Source: Mobula hypostoma (Eukaryota). Taken from it: a stretch of DNA of 64,000 nt. This document shows, in pieces, positions 50,120 through 63,467 of the stretch. The notes under the pieces were generated by a model. That model worked only from the letters and a program-made list of their open reading frames with translations, searched no databases and had not been told where the DNA came from. A program made the position numbers and the translations under genes. Positions within the stretch are counted from its first letter, which is position 1. Every line of letters begins with the position of its first letter. The stretch lies in NCBI RefSeq assembly GCF_963921235.1, contig NC_086097.1:88104001-88168000 (forward strand), written 5' to 3'.

Positions 50120-53100
50120 AAGCAAGGTTTAAGCAGAGCAGCCATCGTGGGAGTGCCTATAGTGTGAGTGGGCCAGTGTTAGAGTGGTCAGGTCTTGGCT
50201 GAACAGACTTCAGTGAGTACATGCGCAAGCTAGAAGTACTGAGTTGTTTAGAATCACTTAATTAATTGTAGAACTTAAGCTTAATTTGTTATATCCAAAA
50301 GTATAATGTGTAGGCAAGATAATTGTGAAGGCAGTGGATGTTCCTCCTATCAGATGTGGGATTGCAAAGTATAATGGGCTCTGAGATGACTAAATCTGGA
50401 GGAAGTGCATCCACTTCAGTTCCTGACTAACAAGATCAAGAAAATGGAGCTGGACGTAAGACTGAAAACCTCAAAAATGAGATGTTTACTGAGGCAGTCA
50501 CGCCAAGAGTGCAGGTTTCAGATAGTAGATGGGTGACCACCTAGAGAAGTAAGAGCAATAAACAGTTAGTGCAGGGGTGCCCTGTGGCTATTCCCCTCAG
50601 TAACAAGTACACCACTTTTGATATTGCTAGGCAGATGGCCTATCAGGGTACAACAGCAGCAGCCGGGCCTGTAGCATTGTGGCTGGCTCTGAGGCTCAGC
50701 AGGGAAGGGTAAAGTCAGATAGTGGTTGGAGACTCAGTAGTTAGAGGGATGGACAGGAGAATCTGTGGCCATGAAAGAGATGCCAGGATGGTGTGTTGCC
50801 TCCCAGGTGCAAGGGCCAAGGATGTCCCGGGCATTTGCAGAATTTTCTCAAGAGGGAGGGTGGACAACCAGGGGTCCTAAAGCATATCGGCACCAATGAC
50901 ATAGGTACGGGGGGGGGGGCAGGTGGAGGAAGGTGAGTATAGTGCACAGTGAGTATAGGGAATTAGGGAAGAGACTAAAGAATAGGACATCCAAGGTGGT
51001 AATCTCTGGATTACTCCCAGTGACACACGCTAGTTAAGGCAAGAATAGGATGACAGTACAGACGAATGAGTGGCTGAGGAACTGGTGTGGGGGGGGCAGG
51101 GTTTCAGATTTTTGGATCATTGGGAAGGTATGATCTGTACATACAGAATGGATTACATCCGAACCAGAGGAGGATCAATATCCTTGTAGGTTTGATAGAG
51201 CTGTTCGTAAGGGCTTAAACTAATTTGGCAGGGGGACTGGACTGATATGGTTGAAGAAGGAGCAGTTGGTTTACAAGTACATACTATGTATAGTGGTACT
51301 TTGAGGATGGATAGGCAGATGATAGGGCAAAATTGCAGTCAGTGGGATGAGTTTAAGTGTAACATGGGAGCAAAATCGAAAAAGGTGATGAATGTAGAAC
51401 TGAAAGTCTTATATTTGAATACACACAGCGTACAGAACAAGGTAGATGACCTTGTACTGCAATTAGAGATTGGCAGATAAGAAGCCTGTGATCTACAGTT
51501 TGATGTTGTTTTTGGGCCAATTGAGCAATCTGGCACTTTGCTGTCTCCAAGGGGGGGCACTATAGACATGTGGCCTCAATGCCAAGAGGCCTGGAGATGG
51601 GCCGTGAGCCCACGATCGGCTTCATTTTTCACCAATTTTAATGATTAAAACGTTGCGGAAGATTGAAATCATCAAGCTGGATGTGGAATGTGAGCAAGTG
51701 TTCAGCACTGTCTACCAGCCTCTCGCTTGCTGCTCCTGGAGGAAGGTCCCTGTGTTCGAATGGTCTCTCTCTCTCTGTCTCTGCCTCGATGCTGTCAGAG
51801 GATGGTACCGGAGTCCTGGGTCTTGGGCCATGGGTTTAACTCAACGCTGTTTGTAGAATAGACTCTGTAGTTCATGTTATGATGTGTTTCTAGTTTTTGG
51901 TCACTCCTTTTTTTGCCGCTATTTTGGGCGACTCTGAATTGGGGCGGACTGCAAGTATTGAACACTGAGCTGAACAGAATATGCCTGGACTCTTTCAAAG
52001 TTGTATCCTATAGTCTGTGTTTTTCACTCATTCTTTTTGTTGCAGCTTGCGCAATTTTTGGTGTGGTGGGGGAGGGGCTGATGCTTTTTTTTGACTGGGT
52101 TCCATGTTTTTTTTTCATGGCTGTCTGTGGGGAAGATGATTCTCATGGTTGTATACTGCATACTACTTTGATAATAAAGGTATTCTGAATCCTTGAATAT
52201 GACATTGTGAGCATCACTGAGTCCTGACTGAAAGAACATCATATTTGGGAATTCATCCAAGGATACACCCGGTATCGAAAGGACAGGCAGGTCAGCGAAG
52301 GGGATGGGGTGGTTTTATTGGTGATAAATGAAATAAATCACTAGGATTGGGAGATTTAGAATTGTTGTGGGTAGAGTTAGGAACCTGCAAGGGTAAAACA
52401 TCCCTGATGGGACTTATATTCAGTTGCCTCTGAACAGTAACCAGGATGTGGGGTACAGATTGCAACAGGAGATAGAAAAGGCAGCTACAAAGTGAAATGT
52501 TACAATAGTCATGAGGGATTTCAATATGCAGGTAGTTGAGGAAAATCAGGTTGATGCTGAATCCTGAGAATGGAATTTGTAGAATGCCTACAAGATGGCT
52601 TTTTAGGGCAGCTTGTGATCAAGCCCACTAGGGGAAAGACAATTATGGAATGGGTGTTGCGTAATAATCTAGATTTGATTAGGAAATTTAAGGTGAAGGA
52701 ACTATAAGGAGGCAGTAAGAAAAGATAGAATTTACTCTTCAGTTTGAGAGGGAGAAACTAAAGTCAGATTATCAGCATTAAAGTGGAGTAAAGGGAATTA
52801 CAGAGAAGAGCTGGTGAAAGTTGATTGGAAGGGAACACCAGCAGAGATGACGGCACAATAGCAATGGTTGCAGATTCTGGGGGCAATTTGGAAGGCATTG
52901 GATAGGTACATCCCAAAGAAGAAGTGGTATTCTAAAGGGAAGATGACGTAACCATAGCTGACAAGGGAAGTCAAAGATAGCATAAAAGCAAAAGAGGGGA
53001 CATATAATATAGCAAAAATTTAAGTGAAGTTATAGGATTGGGAAGCTATTAAAAACAATGGAAGGCAACTAAAAAAGCCATAAAGAGGGAGAAGATGAAA

Positions 53101-55714
53101 TATGAAGGTTAAGCTGACCAATAGTATAAAAGAGGATACCAGAAGTTTTGTTTTCAGATATATAAAGAGTGAAAAAGAGGTGAGACTGGATATTAGACCA
53201 TTGGAAAATGCTGCTGGAGAGGTAGTAACGTGAGACAAAGAAATGGTGGACAAACTGAGTAAGTACTTTATGTCAGTTTTCACTGTGGAAGACACTAGCA
53301 GTATGCCAGAAATCTGAGAGTATCAGGGAGCAGGTGAGTGTAATTGCTATTACCAAGGAGAAGGTGCTTGGGAAGCTGAAAGATCTGAAGGTACCTGGAC
53401 CACATGGACTATACTGCAGGGTTCTGAAAGAGGTGGCTGAAGAGATTGTGGATGCATTGGTAATGATCTTTCAAGAATCACTAGATTCTGGAAAGGTTCT
53501 GGAGGACTAGAAAATTGTAAATATCACTCCATTCTTTAAGAAGGATGGGAGTCAGGAGAAAGGAAATTATAGGCCATTTAGCCTGACTTCAGTGATTGAG
53601 AACATGTTGCAGTCCATTTTTAAGGATGAGTTTTTGGGGTACTAGCCAGCACAGGATAAAATAGGCCAATGTCAGCATGGCTTCCTTAAAGGGAAACCTT
53701 GACAGACAAATCTGTTGGAATTCTTTCAGGAAATAACAAGCAGGAAATTCAGTGGATGGTATATACTTGGATTTTTAGAAGGTGTTTGACAAGGTGCCAC
53801 ACGTGAGGCTGACTAACAATATAAGAGCCCATAGAATTACAGGGAAGGTACTAGAATGGATAGAAAATTGGCTGACTGACAGGAGACAAAGAGTGCAAAT
53901 AAAGGGAACCTTTTCTGGTTGGCTGACAGTGATGGGGGGTGTTTCACAGGGGTCTGTGTTGGAACCACTGCTTTTCACGTTACTGTATATGTCAATGATT
54001 TGGAAGACAAAATTACACATACAAGATGCTGGAGGAACTCAGCAGGATCTATGGAAAAAAAGTACATGCAAGTCCAGTCCTGCTGAAGGATTTTGGTCCG
54101 AAACATCAACTCTACTTTTTTCCATAGATGCTGCCTGGCCTGCTGATTTCCAGTGTCTGCAGATCTTTTCATTTGGAAGACAAAATTGATGGCTTTGTGG
54201 CCAAGTGTGGGGACACTATAAGACACTAGTCAGGCCGCACTTGGAGTATTGTCAGCAGTTTTGGGCCACATATCTCAGAAAGGATGTGTTGTCAATGGAG
54301 AGAGTCCAGAGGAGGTTCACAAGGATGATTCCAGGAACGAAGGAGTTAACATACGAGGAGCGTTTGGCAGCTTTGGGGCTGTACTCACTGGAATTTAGAA
54401 TAATACTGGGGGGGGCGCGGGGGATCTCACTGAAGCCTATCGAATGTTGAAAGGACTAGACAGGGTGGATGTGGAAAGGATGTTTCTTATGATGGGGGTA
54501 TCCAGAACTCGAGGGCACAGCCTCAAAATTAAAGGGCGACTTTTTAGACAGAGGTAAGGAGGAATTTTTTTTTTAGCTAGAGAGTAGTGAATCTGTAGAA
54601 TGCTCTGCCACAGACTGCGTTGGAGGCCAAGTCCTTGGTGTATTTAAGGCAGAAGGTGATAGTTTCCTAAATTGGTCTGGGCATCAAAGGATACGGCGAG
54701 AAGGCAGGTATATGGGGTTGAGTGGGATCCGAGATCAGCCATGATGGAATGGCAAAGCAGACTCAATGGGCTGAATGGCCGAATTCTGCTCCTATGTCTT
54801 ATGGTCTTATGATATGAAGATAGATGCATGGGCAGATAGTGCTGAGGAAGCAAGGAGTCTGCAGAAGAACTTAAGACAGATTGGGAGAATGGGCAAAGAA
54901 GTGACAGATGGAATAGAGTGTGGGAAGCATCTGGTCATGCACTTTGGTATAAGGAATAAAAAAGTAAACAATTTTCTAAACAAGGAGAAAATACAAAAAT
55001 CCAAGTTGCAAAGGGACCTGAGACATGCTGGATTCCCTAAAGGTTAACTTGCAGGTTGAGTCAGTGGTAAGGAAAGCAAAGCAATGTTAGCATTCATTTT
55101 GAGAGGACTAGTATATAAGAGCAAGGACATAATGCTAAGGGTTTTTAACACATTGATCAGATGGCACTTGGAGTATTGTGAGCATTTTTGCACCCTTTAT
55201 CTAAGAAAAGTTTTGCAGGCATCGCAGAAGACCCAGGGGAGGTTCACAAGAACGATTCCAGAAATTCCTGGTTAACATATGTGGAGCATGTGATAACTCT
55301 TGGCCTGTACTTGCTGAAGTTTAGAAGAATTAGGGGATATCTCATTGAAACCTATAGAATATAGAAAGGCCGAGAGATAAAGTGGATGTGGAAAGGATGT
55401 TTCTTATGGTGGGGAGTCAAAGACCAGAAGGCACAGCCTCATGAGAGAGGGATGCCCACTTAGAACAGAGATGAGATGGAATTTCTTTAGCTAGTGGTTA
55501 GTGAATCTGGAATACATTGCAACAGGCAGCTGTGGAGGCCAAGTCATTGGGTATATTTAAAGAGAAGGTCGATAGATTTATCAGGGTATCAATGGTTACA
55601 AGGGAGAAGGCAGTAGAATGAGTTTCAGAGGAATAAATATCAGCCATAGTCGAATGGTGGATCAGGTTCAATGGGCTGAAAGGCCTAGTTCTTCTCCTAT
55701 GTCTTATTGTCTTA
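50120..55714 (+). mobile_element. Near full-length degraded CR1 LINE with nested insertions
   Basis: ORF1 SGNH-esterase-like motifs (VCCLPGA, HIGTNDI, GLHPN) at 50700-51200. ORF2 endonuclease start LKVLYLNTHSVQNKVDDL. RT motifs FDKVPH and GVSQGSVLEPLLF. 3'UTR ends at 55714. Nested inserts at about 51480-52195, 54015-54170 and 54210-54810 (a second CR1 3' end). Confidence 0.93.
54015..54170. mobile_element. Short Penelope-derived SINE-like insertion with a 17-bp TSD
   Basis: ATTTGGAAGACAAAATT at 53998-54014 and 54171-54187. The interior contains 'gatgctggaggaactcagcagg' and a degenerate hammerhead-like core. Confidence 0.8.
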
Positions 55715-55715
55715 G

Positions 55716-56060
55716 GTGATCTCTGAAAAATCTCCTACATCTAGTTGTTTGTTGTATCTATAATCACTGTGGCTGTTTTGAAGGATGTTGGGAACCAGAA
55801 AGCTGACTGGTGTATTTTATGGATCTAGTCAAGGACTGAACAAGGGCCAAAATACATGGAATTTTAGGCTACTGTCTTTAGGGAAAAAAGCAAACTAACT
55901 TTGTGACATAACAACTATTCAGATAGGTTCCGTTTTAAACCAAGGGGATTGTAATCCTAGCAATAGGTCAGTATTATTATTTCAGATTTAAACAGCAATT
56001 TTATACACTGCAGATCTATTTTAATGCATTTAATAGCTATTCACTGTAGAGGGCAGAATG
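55716..56060 (+). pseudogene. L remnant, capping domain motifs
   Basis: SPTSSCL, LKDVGNQK, GKKQTNFVT*QL and SILMHLIAIHC versus Sendai/measles STSTNLSHRLKDTATQMK, KKVDTNFIYQQG and PLILHLHLNNGCC. The stop TAA is one base from CAA (Gln). Confidence 0.68.
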
Positions 56061-56310
56061 GCATCTCAGAACTTCTTTTAGCAGTGAAGAGACGGTCAAT
56101 CTCACTTCAGAGAGATAGGCAAGTGTTACATCATGTAAACAGCTGAGAAAAGCCAGAAATTATTCATTTGTGAATACATCGTAACACTGCAAGGTATTGT
56201 CAGAACATGTGATATCCATAGCTTGGTGCTTAAATCTATCAATTTTTTTTTATTAATGTGCCCGTATAATTGTTGTGTTTTACCCATTGTGTCTGAGGGC
56301 TTGCTTAAGG

Positions 56311-59300
56311 CACTGATTCCCAACGGGGTGGTTACATGTCCTAAAGGGGTGTTAGGGGAAACAGAATTTATCGGTGGGGGTGGGGCATTCAAGATTCTTG
56401 GTGGGGCAGCAGTAATGGCTGGCACCCTGACTTGTGGCACGAGACTAACCGACTGTGTTGACTCGCTGCAGTCGTTAACATCCGCCAGCCATTCCTAGTC
56501 GTGTTAATTTTTTATTTTAATTTAGCCCTGTTAATGACGGATAAATACACACGGCGTGATCTCTATGAGTCCGAAGGCAGGGAAGCCTTGAATTTTAATC
56601 CTGCTAAGAAACAGAAACTACAGAAAGAATGTCAATACAATGTTACACATCTGGAGTACGGTTTTATTTCATTCCCGTCAGACCAGCGACGCCCCATGTG
56701 TCTTATTTGTAATACTGTACTGTCTAATGAAGCCATGAAACCATCAAGATTGCAGGAACACTTACATAAAAGAGACCCTGAAAAGGCTACTTATGGCATT
56801 ACTCAGTTCCAGAAGATGAAAGAGCATTTGAAAACCATTGGATACTCAAGTCATTTGCCAGGAAAGCTAAAAGTGACCTTGATAGTGGCCTCACCATTTC
56901 TTATAACATTTCCAAAATGGTAGCAAAGTGTGAAAAATCTCATACAATTGGTGAAAAATTAGTAATGCCTGCTGTATCAGAACCACTGTTCTCAAAATGG
57001 ATACCAGTATTTCAAAATCAATTACTCTGAGCTCATCACATTGAGTGAAGACCATTGAGTATTATCTATGCACAGAGCTACAAAAAACAGAATTTGGGAT
57101 ACAGGTGGACGAGTCAACTGTGTGAGACGAGACATTGTTAATGGTATATGTAGGTTTATCAAAAATGGAAAAGATAATGAAGAGATTCTCATTTGTAAAA
57201 CGTTAAAAACAAATATCAATGAAGAATCAATTTATGATAAACTCAAAATGTATATTGAGGATAAATGTATTCAGATTAGGAAGATGATTTCTTGAGCAAC
57301 TGCTGGAGCACCATACATAACAGGTCGCCATACTGGTTTAGTGGCATTTATGAAAAAGAAATTCCAAGTCTGTTTGCAATCTATTGTGTAATTAATCATC
57401 AACATCTCACAGCCAAAAGCTTCAGCCAGCGACTTTTTTTAAGCATGACCCTTGTAATATCTGCTATCAACAAAATTAAAGCCCCCATTAAATAGCAGAA
57501 TATTTTGCCAGTTATGCCAAGAATTTGAACGCTTGCTTCTTCACACTGAAGTGCGTTGGCTGTCAGAATGCTGGTGCTTAAAATGTTTCTTTGAACTTTT
57601 TGACACTGTAGTTGAATTTTTGCTGTAAGTTGACAAGAGCTTGGGAAACAAGATTGAACTTCTACGTGGAGATGCTGCATACCTATCCAATCTACATGGC
57701 AAAATGAATATTTTATATATGAAACTGCAGGGTGAGTGTTTCAATTTAATCCAGGCAAAAAGTGGAGCAACTCACATCAAAGTTGCTGGTGAACGCAGCA
57801 GGCCAGGCAGCATCTCTAGGAAGAGGTAGTTGAGGTTTCAGGCCGAGACCCTTCGTCAGGACTAACTGAAGGAAGAGTGAGTAAGAGATTTGAAAGTTGG
57901 AGGGGGAGGGGGAGATCCAAAATGATAGGAGAAGACAGGAGGGGGAGGGATGGAGCCAAGAACTGGACAGGTGATTGGCAAAAGGGATACGAGAGGATCA
58001 TGGGACAGGAGGTCCGGGAAGAAAGACAAGGTGGGGGGGAACCCAGAGGATGGGCAAGGGGTATAGTCAGAGGGACAGAGGGAGAAAAAGGAGAGTGAGA
58101 GAAAGAATGTGTGTATAAAAATAAATAACAGATGGGGTACGGGGGGAGGTGGGGCATTCGCGGAAGTTAGAGAAGTCGATGTTCATGCCATCAGGTTGGA
58201 GGCTACCCAGACGGAATATAAGGTGTTGTTCCTCCAACCTGAGTGTGGCTTCATCTTTACAGTAGAGGAGGCCGTGGATAGACATGTCAGAATGGGAATG
58301 GGATGTGGAATTAAAATGTGTGGCCTCCAACGGGATCCCACCACTAAGCACATCTTTCCCTTCCCGCCTCTCTCTGCATTCTGCAGGGATCGCTCCCTAC
58401 ACAACTCCCTTGTCCATTCGTACCCCCCATCCCTCCCCACTGATCTCCCTCCTGGCACTTATCCATGTAAGCGGAACAAGTGCTACACATACCCTTACAC
58501 CTCCTCCCTTACCACCATTCAGGGACCCAAACAGTTCTTCCAGCTGAGGCAACACTTCACCTGTGAGTCGACTGGGGTGATATACTGCCTCCGGTTCTCC
58601 CGATGTGGCCTTCTATATATTGGCGAGACCCGAGGCAGACTGGGAGACCGCTTTGCTGAACACCTACGCTCTGTCCGCCAGAGAAAGCAGGATCTCCCAG
58701 TGGCCACACATTTTAATTCCACATCCCATTCCCATTCTGACATGTCTATCCACGGCCTCCTCTACTGTAAAGATGAAGCCACACTCAGGTTGGAGGAACA
58801 ACACCTTATATTCCGTCTGGGTAGCCTCCAACCTGATGTCATGAACATCAACTTCTCTAACTTCCGCTAAGGCCCCACCTCCCCCTCGTACCCCATCTGT
58901 TACTTATTTTTATGCACACATTCTTTCTCTCACTCTCCTTTTTCTCCCTCTGTCCCTCTGAATATACCTCTTGCCCATCCTCTGGGTTCCCCCCCCCCCT
59001 TGTCTTTCTCCCCGGACCTCCTGTCCCATGATCCTCTCGTATCCCTTTTGCCAATCACCTGTCCAGCTCTTGGCTCCATCCCTCCCCCTCCTGTCTTCTC
59101 CTATCATTTTGGATCTCCCCCTCCCCCTCCCACTTTCAAATCTCTTACTAACTCTTCCTTCAGTTAGTCCTGACGAAGGATCTTGGCCTGAAACGACGAC
59201 TGTACCTCTTCCTAGAGATGCTGCCTGGTCTGCTGTGTTCACCAGCAACTTTTATGTGTGTTGCTTGAATTTCCAGCATCTGCAGAATTGCTGTTGTTTG

Positions 59301-60119
59301 CGTTTTTAAAAAGTGGAGCATCCAGTTTTATAGGAAAATTGGGAATATTTAAGCAAAACATTGGGAGAAGGAAGTTCTCAGTTTCCCTGCATGGAAAGTA
59401 TGGCACTCTCTTTCAGATGGTGATTTACAAGAGTACTGCTTACATCTGCAGTCACTGAAGAAGGATTTTCAGAAGCAACTCAAGGATATGAACAATTGGG
59501 AAATTACAGACTAGGTAATAAACCCATTTCTTTGCAAGGTGAAAGAAAAGGAAGAGAGCTTGCAAGAAGAAATGATCAAAATTCAGAATGATGAAGAAGC
59601 AAAACTGCTTTTCAAAAGTGTCAGCTTTTGTGGTATATGGCTACACTGTCATACAAATTTCCCTGGTCTTTGGAGATGAGCCTAACTGCTCTTCACTGTA
59701 TTTCTATCCTCCTACCTTGTTGAAAGAGGCTTCAGCACAGTGAACCATGCAGTCACAGAAAACAGAAAGCATTTGGATATTGCTGCGCATGGGGGCTTAA
59801 GGCTTTTGCTGTCACAATTTGAACCAGATGTTTCAGTTCTTGCTTAAAACCATCAAGCTCAAAGATCACATTGATATTGAAGCTGCTGTACAGTGCACAG
59901 GTATAGTGTAAGCTAGGTTGAAAGACAAATAAAAATTTGAAGCAGTTTCTTTTTTCTCATGTTGGGATATGCCAGACATATTTTTACATTGTTGGGGATG
60001 CCAGAAAGTGTACTATGCCTAACAGGGGTGTTGTCAAGTACAAAGGTGCTTAAGGGGGGCATTGGCAAGTATAAAAGTGTTTGCGGGGGCATTGTGTTAA
60101 AAAAGGTTGGGAAATACTG
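56311..60119 (+). mobile_element. hAT (Buster-type) transposon, degraded, split by a Penelope element
   Basis: Imperfect TIRs CACTGATTCCCAAC and GTTGGGAAATACTG. BED finger YGF...PMCLICNTVLSNEAMKPSRLQEHL, PHTIGE-like SHTIGE, HTEVRWLS and SSYLVERGFS. Both flanks are nnnTAnnn but not identical. Confidence 0.9.
57770..59307. mobile_element. Penelope-like element with an inverted duplication of its 3' end
   Basis: 57770-58325 is the reverse complement of about 58700-59265. GIY-YIG (VIY...LLYIGETRGRLGDRFAEH) lies at 58400-58870. Flanked by a 13-bp direct repeat AAAAAGTGGAGCA (57757-57769 and 59308-59320). Confidence 0.93.
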
Positions 60120-60169
60120 CTGTACACTGATGTAACCTCTGTACTTGGTTTTAACCCTTGGCTGTAACC

Positions 60170-60400
60170 AACAGCATATACTGACACACAGCTCTCTCTG
60201 GCTGTACAGGTGATCAACTCTATTTGCAGTTCCCTTGCACATTTACCAAAATTTATCCTTAACTCTAATTACTTTATAATTGAAAAAGCCACACCTTTTC
60301 CAATCTAACTGGAGCAGCTCTCCCTTCACACTGTACCACCTTTGTCCTTCTGCTTCTGACTCCATAGCCTGTCCAAAGTAAGAATGCTTCATGTCCAACT
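60170..60400 (+). pseudogene. L remnant, connector domain
   Basis: LSLAVQVINSICSSLAHLPKF...PI*LEQLSLHTV versus Sendai TSHAVLKVLSNALSHPKIF and measles GPSLDAQNLHTT. Confidence 0.5.
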
Positions 60401-60597
60401 ATTAATACAACAAAGATGCTTTGATGGAGAAAACGTTTGAGGTTATCAGCATTTAAAAATGATTAATGGGTTTATTCTGATGTTTACTGCTTTCAAAAGC
60501 CTGCTAACCATTGCCTTGTTTTTATTTGATGACTTACTGAGTGATATTACCACATGGTAAGAGCTGGAGAAGAAAACCATCAGTCAAGCATTTTTTT

Positions 60598-62521
60598 GCC
60601 ATTTTAAGTACTGTAGATCATGGTATTGGAGTTGGAATTTAAAAATTTCTCTAACCGTAAGTCAGGATTTTAGTTTATTGTATGGTGCTTGTTTTCTTGT
60701 ATTTCAATCAAGCAATCTATCATGAATCTTATTTCTATTAAACATTGCTGCTGTGAGGACAATGTTTGTTTTCTGTGGCAGGGTCTGAAGAGTAAGAGGT
60801 AGTACAGTTGTTTGTTTTAGAGCACTTCTGACAACACCAGGGGAAAAAGAGCACTCAGTTAAAAAAGCTGCAATTGAGTTGTGTGCAAATTATTGTACTT
60901 AACCCATGGATAGCCTGAATGCAATCCAAAAGCAAACATTTTTTAAAAATACTTTAGTTTCTCCTGTTTGTATAGTAGGTGACTAGAGACTTGGAAATTC
61001 TTATACCTGAACACCTGGTCCATTGTCAGAGATGTACAGAAATTAATGAGAACATTTTTCTTAAATCTATGGCCTGTGGAACATAGTGGTGCATACTGAG
61101 GTAGCTATAAATGTATAATGTCAATATATTTGTTTCTCAGGCTGTGGGAGTCACAGTCAAGGCTACATTTATTGTCTATGCATGATTATCATAAGAAATG
61201 TTGACAAGAATTCTAGTTGAGTTGATGATACCTTTAAGGTAATAATGGTCCCATGCTGAACCTAACTACCATGAAAGAACAGACAAGTCAGGATGATGTA
61301 TGGCTTGAAGTTGACTGTACTTTAAGAACTTTATCGCTGTCGTCATTAGTAGTAATCAGGGGATGACGAAATAAGATGAAGGAGTTGATATTTTCTGTTT
61401 TGAAACCGGTCAACTAATATGCCAAATGGAGGGAATGAACTTAACAGGTGTTCTGATCTATTTGTATTTCATATATAGCAGGATGGGAGGGTGAATACAA
61501 GGTCCTGGTGGAGGACTTTGTCAAATGATGCAAGGTGGTTCATCTGCAGCTCAGCATTAGTAAGACAAAGGAAACGGTGATGGACTTTAGGAAGACTAAG
61601 CCTGCCCTGCTCCCTGTTACTACTGATGGTGAGGATGTGAATGTGCTGAGGACCTACCTGTACCAGGAGCTGCACCTGAATGACAGACTTGAGTAGAGCA
61701 CCAACACAGAGGCTGTGTACAAGAAGGGCCAGAGCTGCCTCTACTTATAAGTGAGCGTCAATTCACCAGATCTAGCTACCTCCCAATTCTCAGAGTCACC
61801 TCCTGAGTAAATTTGGTCTGCGGTTAACAGATGATTACTAGGGCATTCCATCGAAGCCCAGGATGGGACAGTGCTGCTGTTAGCAGCATTGCTGTGTCAC
61901 AACTCCACTGACCTGGGTTTGATTCTCACCTATGGTACTATTTTTATAGTACGTTCTCCCTGTGACTGCATGACTTTGCTCTGAGTTCCTTCCTCACCCA
62001 AAAGCCTCTTAGGTTATTATGCTCATAGGAACTGTAAGTTGTGACAGATGCCAAGTTTCTGACACCACCTTATATCTTCTCATAGACCATAACCAGTCAC
62101 AAGTGAACGTCAAGTCTCTGCCTCCAGGATAATTACAGATCTCCTCAAAATCAGATTTCCTTTCCATAGCCCCAACCTGATGGTGCCGCAACTTTTCACT
62201 CTCTGCTTTCTTTCTCTTATTAAAACGATTCTTGATCTTTTTGGCTCTACAATGCTTCGAGGTAATTGTGAATTACTGCTGGATTAAAATAAAAGAGCCA
62301 TTTTAAGTACTGTATATCATGGTATTGGAGTTGGAATTTACAAATTTCTCTAACTGTAAGTCAGGATTTTAGTTTATTGTATGGTGCTTGTTTTCTTGTA
62401 TTTTAATTAAACAATCTACCAGGAATCTTATTTCTATTAAATACTGCTGCTGTGAGGAGAATGTTTGTATTTTGTGGCAGGGTCTGAAGGATAAGAGGTA
62501 GTACAGTTGTTTGTTTTAGAG
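60598..62521 (+). repeat. 225-bp direct duplication (60598-60822 and 62297-62521)
   Basis: Ungapped, about 15 differences counted by eye. Not a transposon I recognise. Confidence 0.95.
61475..61745 (+). mobile_element. Rex1/Babar-like LINE RT fragment
   Basis: LQLSISKTKETVMDFRKT and VYKKGQSCLY. Homologous to 24600-24870 on the minus strand. Confidence 0.8.
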
Positions 62522-62559
62522 TTTTTATGGAGTTTAGTGCTTAGATGATCAAATGTTGG

Positions 62560-63467
62560 CTTCTTTTTCCTTTTCAAAAATCATTTTATCATTCCCAGCT
62601 AAGTTCCTATCAGTAAAATGAGATCCATGAAATTGAACCATAATAAGTAGCCGATGCTGAGTTGTGCATTCTGACATTCCACACATTTGTCACAAAGGAA
62701 ATGATGATGAACTCTTCAGCAGTGATACAGTTGTGTATCATGGGTAACCTTTTCAGGTGTTTGCTTTCTGTTGGCTGGAATAGTTTGACTACAGCTCCCT
62801 GTTCTGAGCAATTGCTGCTATTAATGAGCTATGTGGCTAGCAAACCTCCATCATTTCAAGCAGTGTTCATTAACCACCAAAAGGACACTACCTGAGTGTT
62901 TCCCCTTAGATTGCTCCTTCCCCGCTTTAGAAATAAATCCATTTGCACAGCCTGGTCACTCTTAGCTGAGCCTGGCTCAGTAGCAGCCAAGGATTAAAGT
63001 GATGTTTCTGGCTCAGAAGCAAATCAGAAAAATGCCAGAAGAAAATTGCTCTCTGCATGACAAAGCAGAACTTAAAACATTTTGCTGAAAAACAATATTT
63101 TATTTGCTCCCTTTCAATCTTTTTATACTGTTTGGTTATCTAGGAAACTTAAGGAATCACTGCTAATTCAATTGCTTCTGATGCTACATCTTAATAAAAC
63201 CCGTGGATGCAGGTCATATAGTCAAGGGATTTGTTTCTTCTGGGATTTTTTTGGGGTAATACTAAGTTCCTCACACTTCCTCCCCTGGGGGTCAAGTGTA
63301 ATGAAGAGAACAACCATTGTGTGTATTTTTAATTGCTCATAGCTGAAGAATGGATCTGGATTCCGAATTTAAATATCCCATTCTTGGATTTCTGCAGAAT
63401 ATGTTTAATACCCACGAATGACACAAGAAAATTGCACTTGGGCCATTTTTTAATTAAGCCAGCATAA
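62560..63467 (+). pseudogene. L remnant, methyltransferase and C-terminal domains
   Basis: VVHSDIPHICHK (about 62661), SAVIQLCIMG, PCSEQLLLLMSYVAS, FQSFYTVWLSRKLKE and EEWIW...RKLHLGHFLIKPA* (stop at 63465-63467). Compare measles FIHSDIETLPNK, AAILSMALLLG, PFSGDFVQGFISYVGS, FHAYPVLVSSRQRE and REWVF...YKLVGYSALIKD*. Confidence 0.68.

Noticed and set aside
56303..60127. 8-bp TSD for the Buster-type hAT
   Set aside because: The flanks GCTTAAGG and CTGTACAC share little beyond the central TA, so I do not claim a TSD.
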